Shown: positions 11,401-22,945, counted from the whole stretch's first letter. The stretch is DNA of 57,771 bases, filler included, from Sphacelaria rigidula (GCA_964200075.2; 7 parts of 7 records of this genome joined end to end with filler, not necessarily neighbours in it), one strand, 5' to 3'. Notes: generated by a model not told the origin, from the letters alone. Numbers and translations: made by a program.

Positions 11401-13405
11401 ATCGTTCACATTTTGCAGCCAGCCACAGCACACACCCGCGCAGCATGGATGTCGTGTACAGCATGCTGCCGACTGCAACACGCTGCTATGTTGTCGCTCG
11501 CTACAGCGATTTCTTCTGTCAGCCAGCGCTTGTGCTACGAAGGAGCTGTTGCCAAGCGCTTTTGTCACCGAGTGCAGCAGCAGCACACGCGTGATCTGCA
11601 GTTTTTGTTTCGTGTGACGGAAAAAAATGGAATTAGAAAAAGCTTGGCTCGGTTTTTCTCGCCCGCGCATCGTTCACATTTTGCCGCCGTCGTGTACTAG
11701 CATGCTGCCGACTGCAACACGCTGCTCTGTCGTCGCTTGCTACAGCCACTTCCTCCGCTCAGCCAGCGCCCGTACCACCAACGAGCTGGTGCCAAGCGCT
11801 GTTGTTACCGAGTGCAACAGCAGCACACGCGCGGTCTGCACTTCTTGTTTCGCGCGACGGAGCAAAATGGAAACAGAAAAAGCTTGACTCGGGTTTTCTC
11901 GCCCGCGGATCGGCCACATTCTGCAGCCGTCGTGTACAGCATGCTGCCGACTGCAACATACTGCTATGTCGTCGCTCGCTACAGCCACATCCTTTGCTCA
12001 GACAACGCCCGTGCTACCAACGAGATGTTGCACAGCGCTCTTGCTACCGAGTGCAACAGCAGCACACGCGTGATCTGCACTTTTCGTTTCGCGCGACGGA
12101 ACAAAATTGAAGCAGAGAATGCTTGGCTCGGTTCTTCTCGCTTCGGATCATTCACATTTTGCAGCCAGCCACTGCACACACCCGCGCACCATGGATGTCG
12201 CGTACAGCATGCTGCGGACTGCAACACGCTGCTATGTCGTCGCTTGCTACAACGATTTCTTCCTCTCAGCCAGCGATCATGCTACCAACGAGCTGTTGCA
12301 GAGCGCTCTTGTTACCGAGTGCAACAGCAGCTCCCGCGCGATCTGCACTTTTTGTTCCGCGCGAAGAAACAAAATGGAAACAGAAGAAGCTTGGCTTGGT
12401 TTTTCTCGCCCGCGGATCGTTCACATTTTGCACCCAGCCAATGCACACACGCGCGCACCATGGATGTCGCGTACTAGCATGCTGCCGACCGCAACACGCT
12501 GCTATGTCGTCGCTCGCTACAGCCACGTCCTCTGCTCAGCCAGCGCCCGTGCTATCAACGAGCTGTTGTCGAGCGCTCTTGTCACCGAGTGCAACGGCAG
12601 CACACGCGTGATCTGTACTTTTCGTTTCACGCGACGGAACAAAATGGAAACACAAAAAGCTTGGCTCAGGTTTTCTCGCCCGCGGATCGTCCACATTTTG
12701 CAGCCAGCCACTGCACACACCCGCGCAGCATGGATGCCGTGTACAGCATGCTGCCGACTGCAACACGCTGCTATGCCGTCGCTTGCTACAGCCATTTCTT
12801 CCGCTCAACCAGCGCCCGTGCTACCAACAAGCTCTTGCCAAGCGCTCTTGTTACCGAGTGCATCAGCAGCACGCGCGTGATCTGCACTTTTCGTTTCGCG
12901 CGACGAAACAAAATGGAAACACAAAAAGCTTGGCTCGATTTTTCTCGCCCGCGTATCGTTCACATTTTGCAGCCAGCCACTGCACACACCCGCGCACCAT
13001 GGATGTCGTGTACAGCATGCCGCCGACTGCAACACGCTGCTATGTCGTCGCTTGCTACAGCCGCTTCCCCTCCTCACCCAGCGCCCGTACTATCAACAAG
13101 CCCTTGCCAAGCGCTCTTGTTACCGAATGCAGCACACGCGTGATCTACACTTTCCGTTTCGCGCGACGAAACAAAATGGAAACAGAAAAAGCTTGGCTCG
13201 GTTTTTCTCGCCCGCGGATCGTTCACATTTTGCAGCCAGCCATTGCACACACCCGCGCAGCATGGATGTCGTGTACAGCATGCTGCCGACTGCAACACGC
13301 TGCTATGTCGTCGCTCGCCTGGGCCGCTTCCGCTGCTCAGCCAGCGCCCGTGCTACGAAGAAGCTGTTGCCAAGCGCTGTTGTTACCGAGTGCAGCAGCA
13401 GCACA
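8421..13405. repeat. Satellite array, ~19 head-to-tail monomers of ~268 bp with ~240-bp deletion variants
   Basis: Marker (a)agcgctcttgttaccgagtgc recurs at about 8421, 8688, 8962, 9231, 9493, 9733, 10000, 10268, 10508, 10750, 11017, 11287, 11553, 11794, 12033, 12301, 12571, 12840, 13109, 13372. Short units lack cagccactgcacacacccgcgcaccatgga. Confidence 0.96.
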
Positions 13406-13737
13406 GAAGAAAGGTTTTTTTAATCAGTTGAGAAACTCGAACTGTTTAGTTAGCACAGCCGTTGGTAGTTTCCGTGCATGTTGTTAACTTGACTGTGCAG
13501 ACGACAGTCAGTACAGGGTAGCAACGAAATCTAGCTATGATCGGGTTTGCCTGCCGCACCGCCGCCAGCGTTTTTGGAAAGCTACGAGACCCTTGCGGTC
13601 GGCTGTCGATGGCGTGGATGTCAAATGCAACGACAAGTGGTTGATTATCAAGCACTCTTGTTCCTCGTAGGGTCATATCTCGCCCCAGCTTGTATAGATT
13701 CTTGAAAACTGCTGTACCGCGGGGTTCATGTAGGGGG

Positions 13738-13948
13738 TGTAATGCGTGAGAAGACCGCATGCTTAGAGGACCGCATTGGAAGTTGAACATCCCTATGGTT
13801 AGTGTTAGGGTTAGGGTTAGTGTTAGGGTTATGGTCATTGGCGTGGTACCTTCAGGGCCTGACCCGATCGATTTTGAAAAACGTCGATTCTGAGGTGTTT
13901 TGGACTACGGCGCGGTCCTCTAAGCACGCGGTCCTCTCACACATTACA
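13738..13948. mobile_element. MITE-like element with ~37-bp TIRs (TGT...ACA) and internal telomere-like repeats
   Basis: Left tgtaatgcgtgagaagaccgcatgcttagaggaccgc is the reverse complement of right gcggtcctctaagcacgcggtcctctcacacattaca, with 3 mismatches. Both flanks are GGGGG. Internal ggttagtgttagggttagggttagtgttagggtta at ~13797-13831. Confidence 0.8.
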
Positions 13949-15215
13949 GGGGGGTTGTACTCCAGATTGTAGCATGGAGGCACCCCTTCTCGCCCCGCTA
14001 GCAACAGTTAGGTCACCACCATAGGTATCTAGATTCACTCGGCATGTCAAGAAGGTCGTTACAAGTATTTAATCTCTCATACAAGTGTGGCACGCTCTTG
14101 TCATTGGGCACCCAGATGGTCACATGTCGGGGGAAATAAACGATGAACAGTACACCCCAAGTTCCAATTGGATCTAGTATTGCCGCAGCACTCGCTGGCG
14201 TGTGTGTGACAGAGACCAGTAGCTGTGACGGGAACGTTGCCCTGTTTTTCAACGACATGTTCTGCAGCGCACAGAGGCGCGTCCTGTCCAAAAAGAGAAG
14301 CAGCGAGAAATTGATCTCCGCATTGGTGAGCTCCACAGACAAGAAGAGACGGCATCTCTCCGCACTCGATGTTTTTGGGAGGGCTGTGTTTGGCTGTGCA
14401 GCTATATAACATGCCTACCGGCACATGAGAAGTTGGGTACATGCTGGTAGCATGCATGATGCCAGTCTCTCGAGTGATTGGTCATCGCCGTGCGAGGACA
14501 TGTCACGAATCACGTGGTGAACGTCTCAAGGTTTAGGGTGCTAGTCTGTGGGCACCCTCCCAGTCATGCTCAAAAGACATGCAAGCACCAGGATCCGACC
14601 AAGCTCGATGGTGATTGTGCGTGCAAGATGGTGCAAGTAATATGTTCATGTAGTCACATTCCACCTGTAGTGTGTCGACCGCATGCTCGAGGCAACACAA
14701 GCTGCAGGCGAATCAGGCTCACTTTAGACGAAGACCAGCAACACCTCTGATGTCGCAGTCCGCGGATGGCGTAGATGTTTCTTATATTATCGGCGAACAG
14801 GCTAATTGTTGCGGTGCTCGTTGGGATCAGTCCTATAAGCTTTGTGAATACATCAGGGTAGACAGACGGATACCAAGCACGACAAAGTATAACATATAGA
14901 GACTAGTCCACTGGAAAATGGCCAAATAAATCTGTAACAGACACACAAAAGACACGGGCGAGGAGCTTCCTCTCTGCCGTTGATTCTCTCTCTAGTGATA
15001 TTGTCATCGACACACGTGTACACACCATTCGTTCGGTGCACCTTGCCACAAGTGCTTAACTGCTGCAGACATTTGCAAACATTTGGGGGGACAGATGGTT
15101 TCGCTCGGTGTACCTGTTTCACGTCATCCCTGTAAAACAAAATGCCACTTTGACCCCATTTTTGAGATCAACCCCAAAAATTAGGATCCGCTGTTCATTC
15201 TAAAACGTAGCCTAA

Positions 15216-15696
15216 GGCCAGATGTTATGGCACACAGATTTTTGGCCCACGGATTGTTCGCTTTAATGGCGTTTGAGCCACTTTTTGACCCCCAAACAGG
15301 GAAAATCGCCGACACATGTCTTGAGCACTTTGCATCACCCCACAAAGACGAACCTAGCCCACTTTTCAGATTCGCTTGGCTCCAAGGTTTCGAGAGCGGC
15401 CGCTGAACAAAAATTTGTGTGCAACAAAATCTACGGCGATCTCCACAGATTATCGGGCAAACTGGTGGGGTCGGCAAGCACAGATTTTCTCACACGAATT
15501 TTCGTTCAGCGGTCGATCTCAAAACCTCCGAGCCAAGCGAATCTGAAAAGCAGACTAGGCTCCTCTCTCTGGGGTGATGCAAAGTGTCCAACACGTGTGT
15601 TGGCGATTTTTCCTGGTTGGGGGTCAAAACGTGGCTCAAACCTCTCAAAAGTCAACAATCCGGGGGCCAAAACTCTGTGTGCCATAACATCTGGCC
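15216..15696. mobile_element. PIF/Harbinger (Tourist)-type foldback MITE, 481 bp
   Basis: Near-palindromic with ~215-bp arms: ggccagatgttatggcacacaga...tctgtgtgccataacatctggcc. Flanked by TAA on both sides (15213-15215, 15697-15699). Confidence 0.85.
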
Positions 15697-17656
15697 TAAC
15701 GACGGTTACCTAGCCTCTTATTATGCTACACGTCAACGTGTCGTGCAACAATTTGAAAGGTACATGTGACCTTTTTTCGAATAGATTGTTGACTCTCATT
15801 CCCATCTGCTACTGTCAATCTCACGAAAACATTGTTATGTATGTAATGGTACTCAGTGAGATCGTGAAAAAAAACCGCAACATTTTGGCGAACTGCGGGT
15901 GAGGCAATCGCCTATATTTTCACCTGCAAACTCTGCTCCAGTGATACAAACGGAATACTGTTGGCCATAGTGGTCGTCCACATGCATGTCTCCACTGTAC
16001 AAGTCGAGTACTAGAGCAAACAACAATAGCATTTCGGTCATGCATGATACAAGGTTTTGCTAGCTCATGCAAATATGACTTACTTTTACTATTACATATG
16101 GTTATACATTTCACCATTCCATTTGGCACAGTTCGATTTTACTATCACGTCCACCTTCTAGCATCTGCTCGCTGCATGGAATCAAACACCTTACTGTCTC
16201 ACCGTAACTCTTGAAACAATCGTAAGCTCACAGCATGTGGGTAAGTCCAACGTAGAATGACACAGGACGAACGTCACGATATGCTTGGTCACAGATCAAG
16301 GCTGATTTCTTTTCTCTTTCTCTCATTGGTGGTGTCGAGACTTCGCACTTCCGAAAAGGAGTGGACACCAGGGTGCACCCGATTGGGTCGGTCCTCGGAA
16401 AGAACTGGATCCAACCAGATGTAAAGAGGCATGTTTNNNNNNNNNNNNNNNNNNNNNNNNNNNNNNNNNNNNNNNNNNNNTTAATTAATTAANNNNNNNN
16501 NNNNNNNNNNNNNNNNNNNNNNNNNNNNNNNNNNNNTAGTGGTGGTGAGGATGTGGGAATTCTTCTTTTACCTTCGGGACAGCGGTAGCCGTTAGTCCGC
16601 TTCGGACCCCCCCCCCCCCTATCGTAGGATGACGCATTTGATCATGCTCCAAAATTGGAAAAAAAGCGTTGCAGTGTGTAGGGGATTGCAGGGCGCAACA
16701 TGGATACGGACAGCAGCTCAGTATGCGAAGGTGCAAAAAAAGGCGCAAAAATCATCGATGAAGACAATTTTTGCGCCCCAAGTTGGATAATAACTCGCGT
16801 ATTTTGTTGCGAGATCATCTCGGACCCCAAACCCTCTACGCTCGTCTTGGTGCCCTCAAGGTTGTCGGCGATGGTGTCCACGCGGTCGCTAATGCGGCCC
16901 ATGTTTTCGATAATGTCGCCCACCTGGTTGTCCAAAGTGTCGATTTGTTGTATCGTAGCCCGCGGCAATTCACGGCCATCCCACCGTCGAGGGCGAGCCA
17001 CCCCGACGCAGGGTCATCACTGTGCGTGTTCCCGCTGTGTGCCGTAGACCTGGTGGAAGACGACCTCGTCTGGGAGGCAGGCGCGGACGCGAGCGCCGCG
17101 GCCTTCTGTTTACCACTGCCCCCCGCCCCCGCTGAAGCTCTTCCTGACGACGGCATGTCGGTCAGAGCCACGAGGTGTAGCTGCAAATGAAAATCTCCAG
17201 AAAACACTCGGGACGCACGAGCTAGGGCAGCGGTTCGAGATGCTGTTACTCGCTGATGGTCGCGACGCCCGTATCCCGTAACTCACACACCTCGAGCTTA
17301 CTCCACACCCCGCCACTGTCGCTCAGTCGTGCTTGCACTTGCCCTTGTATATCAGCTGCTTCCTACACACTGAGGCTCTCAACTGTTCGGAAATGGCTTC
17401 AAGATACTTCAACCGCAATCCAGATCTGAAAATATATATATATCCGCTTCTGCACAAAAACTCGATTCTTTTCAGCCAGAGAATCGACATATTTTGCTGC
17501 GTTTTTTTCAGGTGCATACGTCGTACATTTTCTCCACCTCCCTTGCACATATGTGTCGGATAAATATCTTGTGCCCACGGCTAGCTGCATTCGTAGCGGA
17601 TCACTTGATGCTAGTGAGCGACAGTCAATCAATCCATCAATCAATGTCAATCAATG

Positions 17657-17857
17657 GAAACTTTCGGAAAACGCTTTTTTGCTATTTCTGAGTACAAATA
17701 TCCCAGGATCAGAATGTAGGGCTTGAAACTTGTTCCCACTTCCGTCAAAATTGGTATTCCCTCGACCTTTTTCGATGACGTTGTTCATTTCATTCTGCAC
17801 TTTGATTCTGAGATATTTGCACTCGCAAATAACAAAAAAGCGTTTCCCGAAACTCTC
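17657..17857. mobile_element. Small MITE with ~57-bp imperfect TIRs, set within (TCAA)n/(CAAA)n microsatellite
   Basis: tttcggaaaacgcttttttgctatttctgagtacaaatatcccaggatcagaatgtag (17662-17719) matches the reverse complement of 17795-17852. Confidence 0.65.
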
Positions 17858-18164
17858 TATTATCAACCAATCAACCAACCGATCACTCAAACAAACAAAC
17901 GAACAAATAAACAAACAAACAAGTAGACACATGTTGAGAAGTCATTGGCATTAAATAGGACGAGGCCGAGCTCCCCGCATATCGTAACTTTTGCCCAACA
18001 CACAACACAAAACCGCAACTCATAACTTGCTCTTGCTCCTGATTTTCGAATCATTGCTTCGTTCGGCTGTGTTTTTAGAATATTTTATTTTGCTTGTTCA
18101 GCTCATGTTTTTATCGCACATGTTTTGTCCCCTTTTTTTTCTGCGTTTTTTTCGTTCGTCACAG

Positions 18165-18259
18165 GTATCAAACGGCGCTCGATTGGAGCGCGTGAACTGG
18201 ATAGCAGACAATTCAACGAAAGGCATCGGACAAAGCTTCGGGCTTATGGTTAACTACAT
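18165..18259 (+). CDS. MLYCD: Malonyl-CoA decarboxylase, penultimate exon
   Basis: Polypyrimidine tract plus cag|. Encodes VSNGARLERVNWIADNSTKGIGQSFGLMVNY, matching the conserved MCD C-terminal motif FHLxNGAxLxRINWxADxSxxGxxQSxGxMVNY. Donor AT|gtaaga, phase 2. Confidence 0.88.
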
Positions 18260-19427
18260 GTAAGATATTTCCGTTCACCACACACATTTTTCTTTTCTTC
18301 TTTTTTTTTCTTCTTTTTTCTTTTTTTTATGTTCTGTTTCTTCGTTTGTTTTTCCGTCCATTTTTCCTTTTTTTTTTCCCCGCCATACTCTTAATCCCTG
18401 CCCTTCCTCGGGACGAGCCCGTAGTCTCCAGCAGCATCAGCCCATCTCTCTCGCGGTACGGCCTGCCGAGCATTTCGGCAGCGCGCACTAGATCAGCAGT
18501 CTCGCGCTCTCGCGTCCACTCTCCTTGGTGCTTCCTTCACTACTCGCGTCCTCTCCTCACGTTTTCAACGATGGGAAAGCATTTTCCACTGAAAAATGAC
18601 CATATCTTGTGGGGATCCGGATCTGCCCCTCTCGCCCCTAAGTGGCTGCTGATCTGTCAGGTTGTACTTGGACCACCGCGAGACGGCGGCTGTCTGTGTC
18701 GTTTTTTTGTTTTTCGGTTTCTGTTTTTGCAGTACAACAAATTTCGTCATAGTCCGGCGAAAACGTCAAAGAGAAATCAGAACATAGTATGTCGAGGCCC
18801 ATTTTATTTTTTAATGTTGCTATTTTATCTACTGCTTCTTCGGTGCGCTGTAGTTTTGACCGATCGGTTTGAATTGCGCGCCCTTCGTGCAGCCACTATT
18901 GCACGTTCGTACGTGACAGTGTTGTTTGGGAAGTTTGTGTTGGTAGCAGCATGCCACAGGAGCCAGAAATTATCGAGCCTCTGCTCTCGCAGACCTCGCG
19001 TGGAGCGATGAACAGGTGATTCACGAATCCTTGTTTTAGTTGTCATTGTCATTGTCCAGAAGGTGCAGTTCGCGCACGGTGTTGGTTTCTGAACCGCTTG
19101 TTGCAGGAAAAAGGGCCTCTGAAAGCTTCGACACGCGGGCAATTCCCCCAAAACAGTAGAGCAAACCTGAGTACCATGAAGCACACGCGGCCACCGCAGT
19201 GCACGAACGCTCTGCATGCCGACGAAGATCGAGAACAAACAGAGATACGAGAAATAAGAGAAACTAAAAAGAAAAGAAAGGTGTGATCGGTGTATTGCTC
19301 GTCAAATGCGGTTTTGCTGGCATGCAGTCTTGGAAGGAGCAACGAATTGATAACCAGTCGTAGCACCGTTTTTTGCCATCAGACAACCATCGGATGGCAG
19401 TCGTTTCTCAAACCGTTTTTTTTTCAT

Positions 19428-19567
19428 ACCCTGGACAATATATACTATTGTCGAAAAATCTTCTGCGTATAGTCTGGAATGTATTGTCTGCTGAAACAAG
19501 CGCAATAGTCGATACTGTACGCAGTACACTTTCTGACGGTGTATTATTTTGTCATTATCCAACGTGG
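19428..19567. mobile_element. Small TIR element family (CCCTGGACAAT...ATTATCCA); other copies at ~27061-27120 (partial) and 36412-36900 (SINE-interrupted)
   Basis: Shared ccctggacaat..tgtcaaaa..tgcgtacagtat left arm and atactgtacgcagta..tttgac..cattatcca right arm on three contigs. Confidence 0.65.
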
Positions 19568-19764
19568 ATTTGTTTCTCGAGACGCAAGAGGTGGCCGCGC
19601 TGTCGAAGGAGCCAAGTCTATCATTGTCGACACATCTCAGAAATATATGCGCTAACGGTACTGGTGCCATCGAAGTCATAGCACATCGTCGCTGTCGAGA
19701 ACCTATTATAGAGCTTAGAAAATGACATGTATATGCCACGTGTGTGTGCCGTGTGGTGTGTTTA

Positions 19765-20210
19765 CATCCCATCTTTGTGCACGCCAGTCTACACCTTTTC
19801 GGTATGTGTAGGCGCATCAGCCGGGGCCACACAGAAAGGTCAACACAGGAATGTTTTATTTTTAATTTTGTTTTTAGTACCCCACCTTCCGTCTGCGGTG
19901 CTTGTCTTTTTGCTGCTGTCACGAGGAGGGCTCAGAGATCCTTTTCCCTCATCGAGTTTTGTTTTAGTACCACACCTTCCTTCTACGGTGCTTGCCTGTC
20001 TTTCTATTGGAAAGAGAATTCAACCGTCTCCTTCCCTCGTCGACCGTGGAGTCGACTCCTGTGTACCCACGATAAAGTCGCTCTCGATTGTTGGGCATGA
20101 TTCGAGAAAAACTCCCAGATCGTGTGAGTTGCACCGAGATTCGAACCCACGTCTCAACCGTCTGAAGGTTTGAGGGGTTGGAAACCAACTGAGCCACCGG
20201 GCCGACCGGC
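19765..20210 (-). mobile_element. tRNA-derived SINE
   Basis: Minus strand starts gccggtcggcccggTGGCTCAGTTGG (A box)...GGTTCGAATC (B box). Body (gagagcgact..tcgtgggtacaca..ggtcgacgaggg..ggcaagcaccg..ccccggctgatgcgcc..ataccgaaa) is shared with 36463-36797. Internal ~50-bp duplication at ~19870 and ~19960. Confidence 0.78.
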
Positions 20211-22380
20211 TATGTTCGCGGGATGCATCAACATTTGAAAAACAAAAGTTGGACAAACGACACATTCAAGCGACACAACCAAGTTTGCCGTTTTTTGGGG
20301 ACGCGAGGCCGTCTTCCAGAACAATATCCCCTGCTGTCCTCCAACGTCGGTGCGATAACGCCTACGCTCTAGCCGCAAAAAACGGTGCTCGATCTCTGTT
20401 CGCAATCACCGGCCCCTGTCGACGACATGCCGTCTCATCCAGAGTCCCCGACCCGTGGTTAGCGATGTTGCGTTACGTTATGAGTGAATTGAAAGGAGCG
20501 TATTTTCGCGTGTTCCCAGCGGTTGATCTCGGGTTGATTCCTGGTGGAATCTTTAGCGTGTTTCGCACCGCTCAAGGGATTACGTCACGGTATGATTTCG
20601 TGGAGGATTGCGAGGTAACTCGCGAATTTTCGTTGTTTTTGACAAAATTAGAATTCTCATTTTTATTTTTTATAACTTCGGAGGGATGGGGACGTGGGGG
20701 GCGGGGGCGTACTCATGTGTTGCTTTGCCTTGGTCGTTTGACAAGTGACCACGCATCCCTTCCGAGACCGAGCACCGTTCCTACTCCTGATAGGGATACC
20801 TCCAACATTTGAGCGCCCATTTACCTTTCTTCCATACATTATTTCGCCGTCTGTGGCCGCCATATAAGTCCTAGTATAGCGACCGTTGCCTCGCTCCTGT
20901 TTAATGTATCAAAGGATTTCGTGCCACCTTCGTTCACTTCCCACATTCCCCCCTCTGGAGGGATGGCGTGGGTTGGTGTACTCGTGATCATGCATGCCCC
21001 GGGGGGGGCGGCAGGAGGTTCATCGATATTTATATTTTTAGTGCTTCCCGCAAAACTGAACAAGGCGAGACAGAACGAAACATCAAACTGCAAACGGAAG
21101 AAACATGTTGTGATGATTCTGTGATGAATATCTCCCACGTATTTGCGAGCTTTAGCTAGCTTCAGCCTGGATAGCTCACAGTGTCGCAAGAATAAATGGA
21201 TACAATTGTCCATCGAGGTGTGTTGCCTGTATTTGTGTTCGCTTTTTGATTTGTCAACTTCCGTGATCTCTTCTTCGTGCCCTTCGAGAATCAAAACAGT
21301 CAGTGGGTTTGGTGTACTATACCTTTGCTCCAGGCGGTGTTTTTTTTTTTATCTCCTGGTACGAGCTGAGCCAGCCAGCAGTGGGTAGTTTTCTCGCGCA
21401 GGCGACGCACGGCGTGAAATTAGGAGTTGGACGCTGAAATTTTGACAGCAGCGTACTATGATCGACATGCAAAATATGATGAGAGCAGCAAAGAAAAAAA
21501 AAGAAGAAAAAAAGGAAGTTATGGGGATTTGAAATTTCAGCAAAAACAAGGTAATGTCATAAGTTCAGGAAAAAATGAGAACCTGCAGCTGCTCCCGCTG
21601 TATATCATTTCCTTGGGTGCAGAAGGTCTTCGTGAAATTTCAAGAGTCGTCGAATTGGACCGTGCGTGCAATGTTTTGCGTGACCCTGCTGCACCCCACA
21701 TATACCCGGTGCGGGGCGATTGCTGGCGTGAACCCACCGCATGAGAAAAAAAAAACGCACTCCGACACGCTATCGCCCAACGATATCAGCACACCGCGTA
21801 CTATATGCAGTACAATAATGTCATCGACAATACGACGCCAATCGAACACCGACGCAGTCCTTTGTCCTCAGGTGGGTCTGCAGTCCACAGTGATATGCTT
21901 ACGTCGGGTTCATTCGGGAAACTGGGGAAGCTGTGATGTGGGCAACTTTTAGCCGCTGTCAGGCTGACCCAGCTCGTATATCGCTTGGGTTGCGGTTCCA
22001 TCGGGTATGTAGATATATTATATATATATATATAGGGGTCAACTGCCGTGACAAATATATCAGGGTGTTTATCGGCAGACCTTCCTTTGTGCTTTTTTGT
22101 TGGAAGACATGTCACCCATTCCGCCCCCGGTTACCCTTTACAATAATTGATGCCGTGGAAATAGATGTGCTATTAAATAATTTGTTTCACTTCCCGATGC
22201 GGAAGGTGCGACATTTATTGTTCTACATACACATGGGCGTGTGAATAAAGCAAAAATTGATTCAAGATCGACTGGGCTCAGGAGTTCTTCTCTGATGCTG
22301 GGTAGTATGAAGACAACACGGGTAGATATCCCGGGATGAGTGCGTTGATTGTTTGAGACTACGGATTCGCTCCGAGGACA

Positions 22381-22576
22381 AGGGGGGGGCGTACTCATTC
22401 GTTGCTTGCCTTAGTCGTTCGACCATTGACCACGCATCCTTTTCGAGACGGAGCTCCGAGGACAGGGTAAGGGGGCGGGGGCGGGGGGGCTACGAACTCA
22501 TTCGTTGCTTGCCTTAGTCATTCGACCATTGACCGTGCATCCCTTTCCAGACGGAGCATGGGGGGGGGGGGGGGGC
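22381..22576 (-). repeat. Two adjacent copies of a ~70-bp interspersed repeat ending in a poly(C) tract; further copies at 1-43, 20695-20773, 20975-21000, 24655-24703, 33071-33130, 54928-54965
   Basis: Consensus on the C-tail strand: gctccgtctcgaaagggatgcgtggtcaatggtcg(a/t)a(c/t)gacta(a/t)ggcaagca...atgagtac(a/g)ccccc. Confidence 0.75.
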
Positions 22577-22912
22577 ACGTATATCGTGAAAACGTGGGTT
22601 AGGTAGTCCCTTGCGCCCTCTGATGAAGAAGTTTACCGACTTCGTGACGTCACCTCTACACGGATAGTATGGAAAGCACCAAATTTTAGTCAAGACTTTG
22701 ATACATCGTCCTGAGCAGTGACATTTCACTAGTCAGCTAGTGCAATAGTACCGCGAGAGCCAGTCGTAAACCGTCTGCGGTACAAGTGTTTCTTCGTTCG
22801 ACCAATCGTTTTCTTGCTATAGATTTTGTATCACCGGTCAGATATACAATACTTGACCCTGTCCGTGTCTTTGTCTCTGTACTCGTCTCTATCATGGTCT
22901 CTGTAACTCGCT

Positions 22913-22913
22913 C

Positions 22914-22944
<31 letters not shown>

Positions 22945-22945
22945 G
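22913..22945. repeat. (TCTG)n microsatellite
   Basis: About 8 perfect TCTG units. Confidence 0.9.

Noticed and set aside
8421-13405. CRISPR array or repeat-protein gene (many overlapping 60-330 aa ORFs)
   Set aside because: There are no unique spacers and the whole unit repeats. Unit lengths (~268/240 with indels) do not preserve frame, ORFs appear in all frames on both strands, and no cas genes are present.
13797-13831. True telomere or chromosome-fusion scar
   Set aside because: Only ~6 degenerate units, internal to the contig and enclosed by TIRs.
14000-15140. Degenerate transposase or retroelement coding remnants
   Set aside because: Only short broken ORFs, with no RT, integrase or DDE motif that I can recognise.
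20120-20210. tRNA gene (also 36463-36525 and 47400-47480)
   Set aside because: A and B boxes are present but there is no proper cloverleaf or acceptor stem; two of the three are followed by a shared SINE body.
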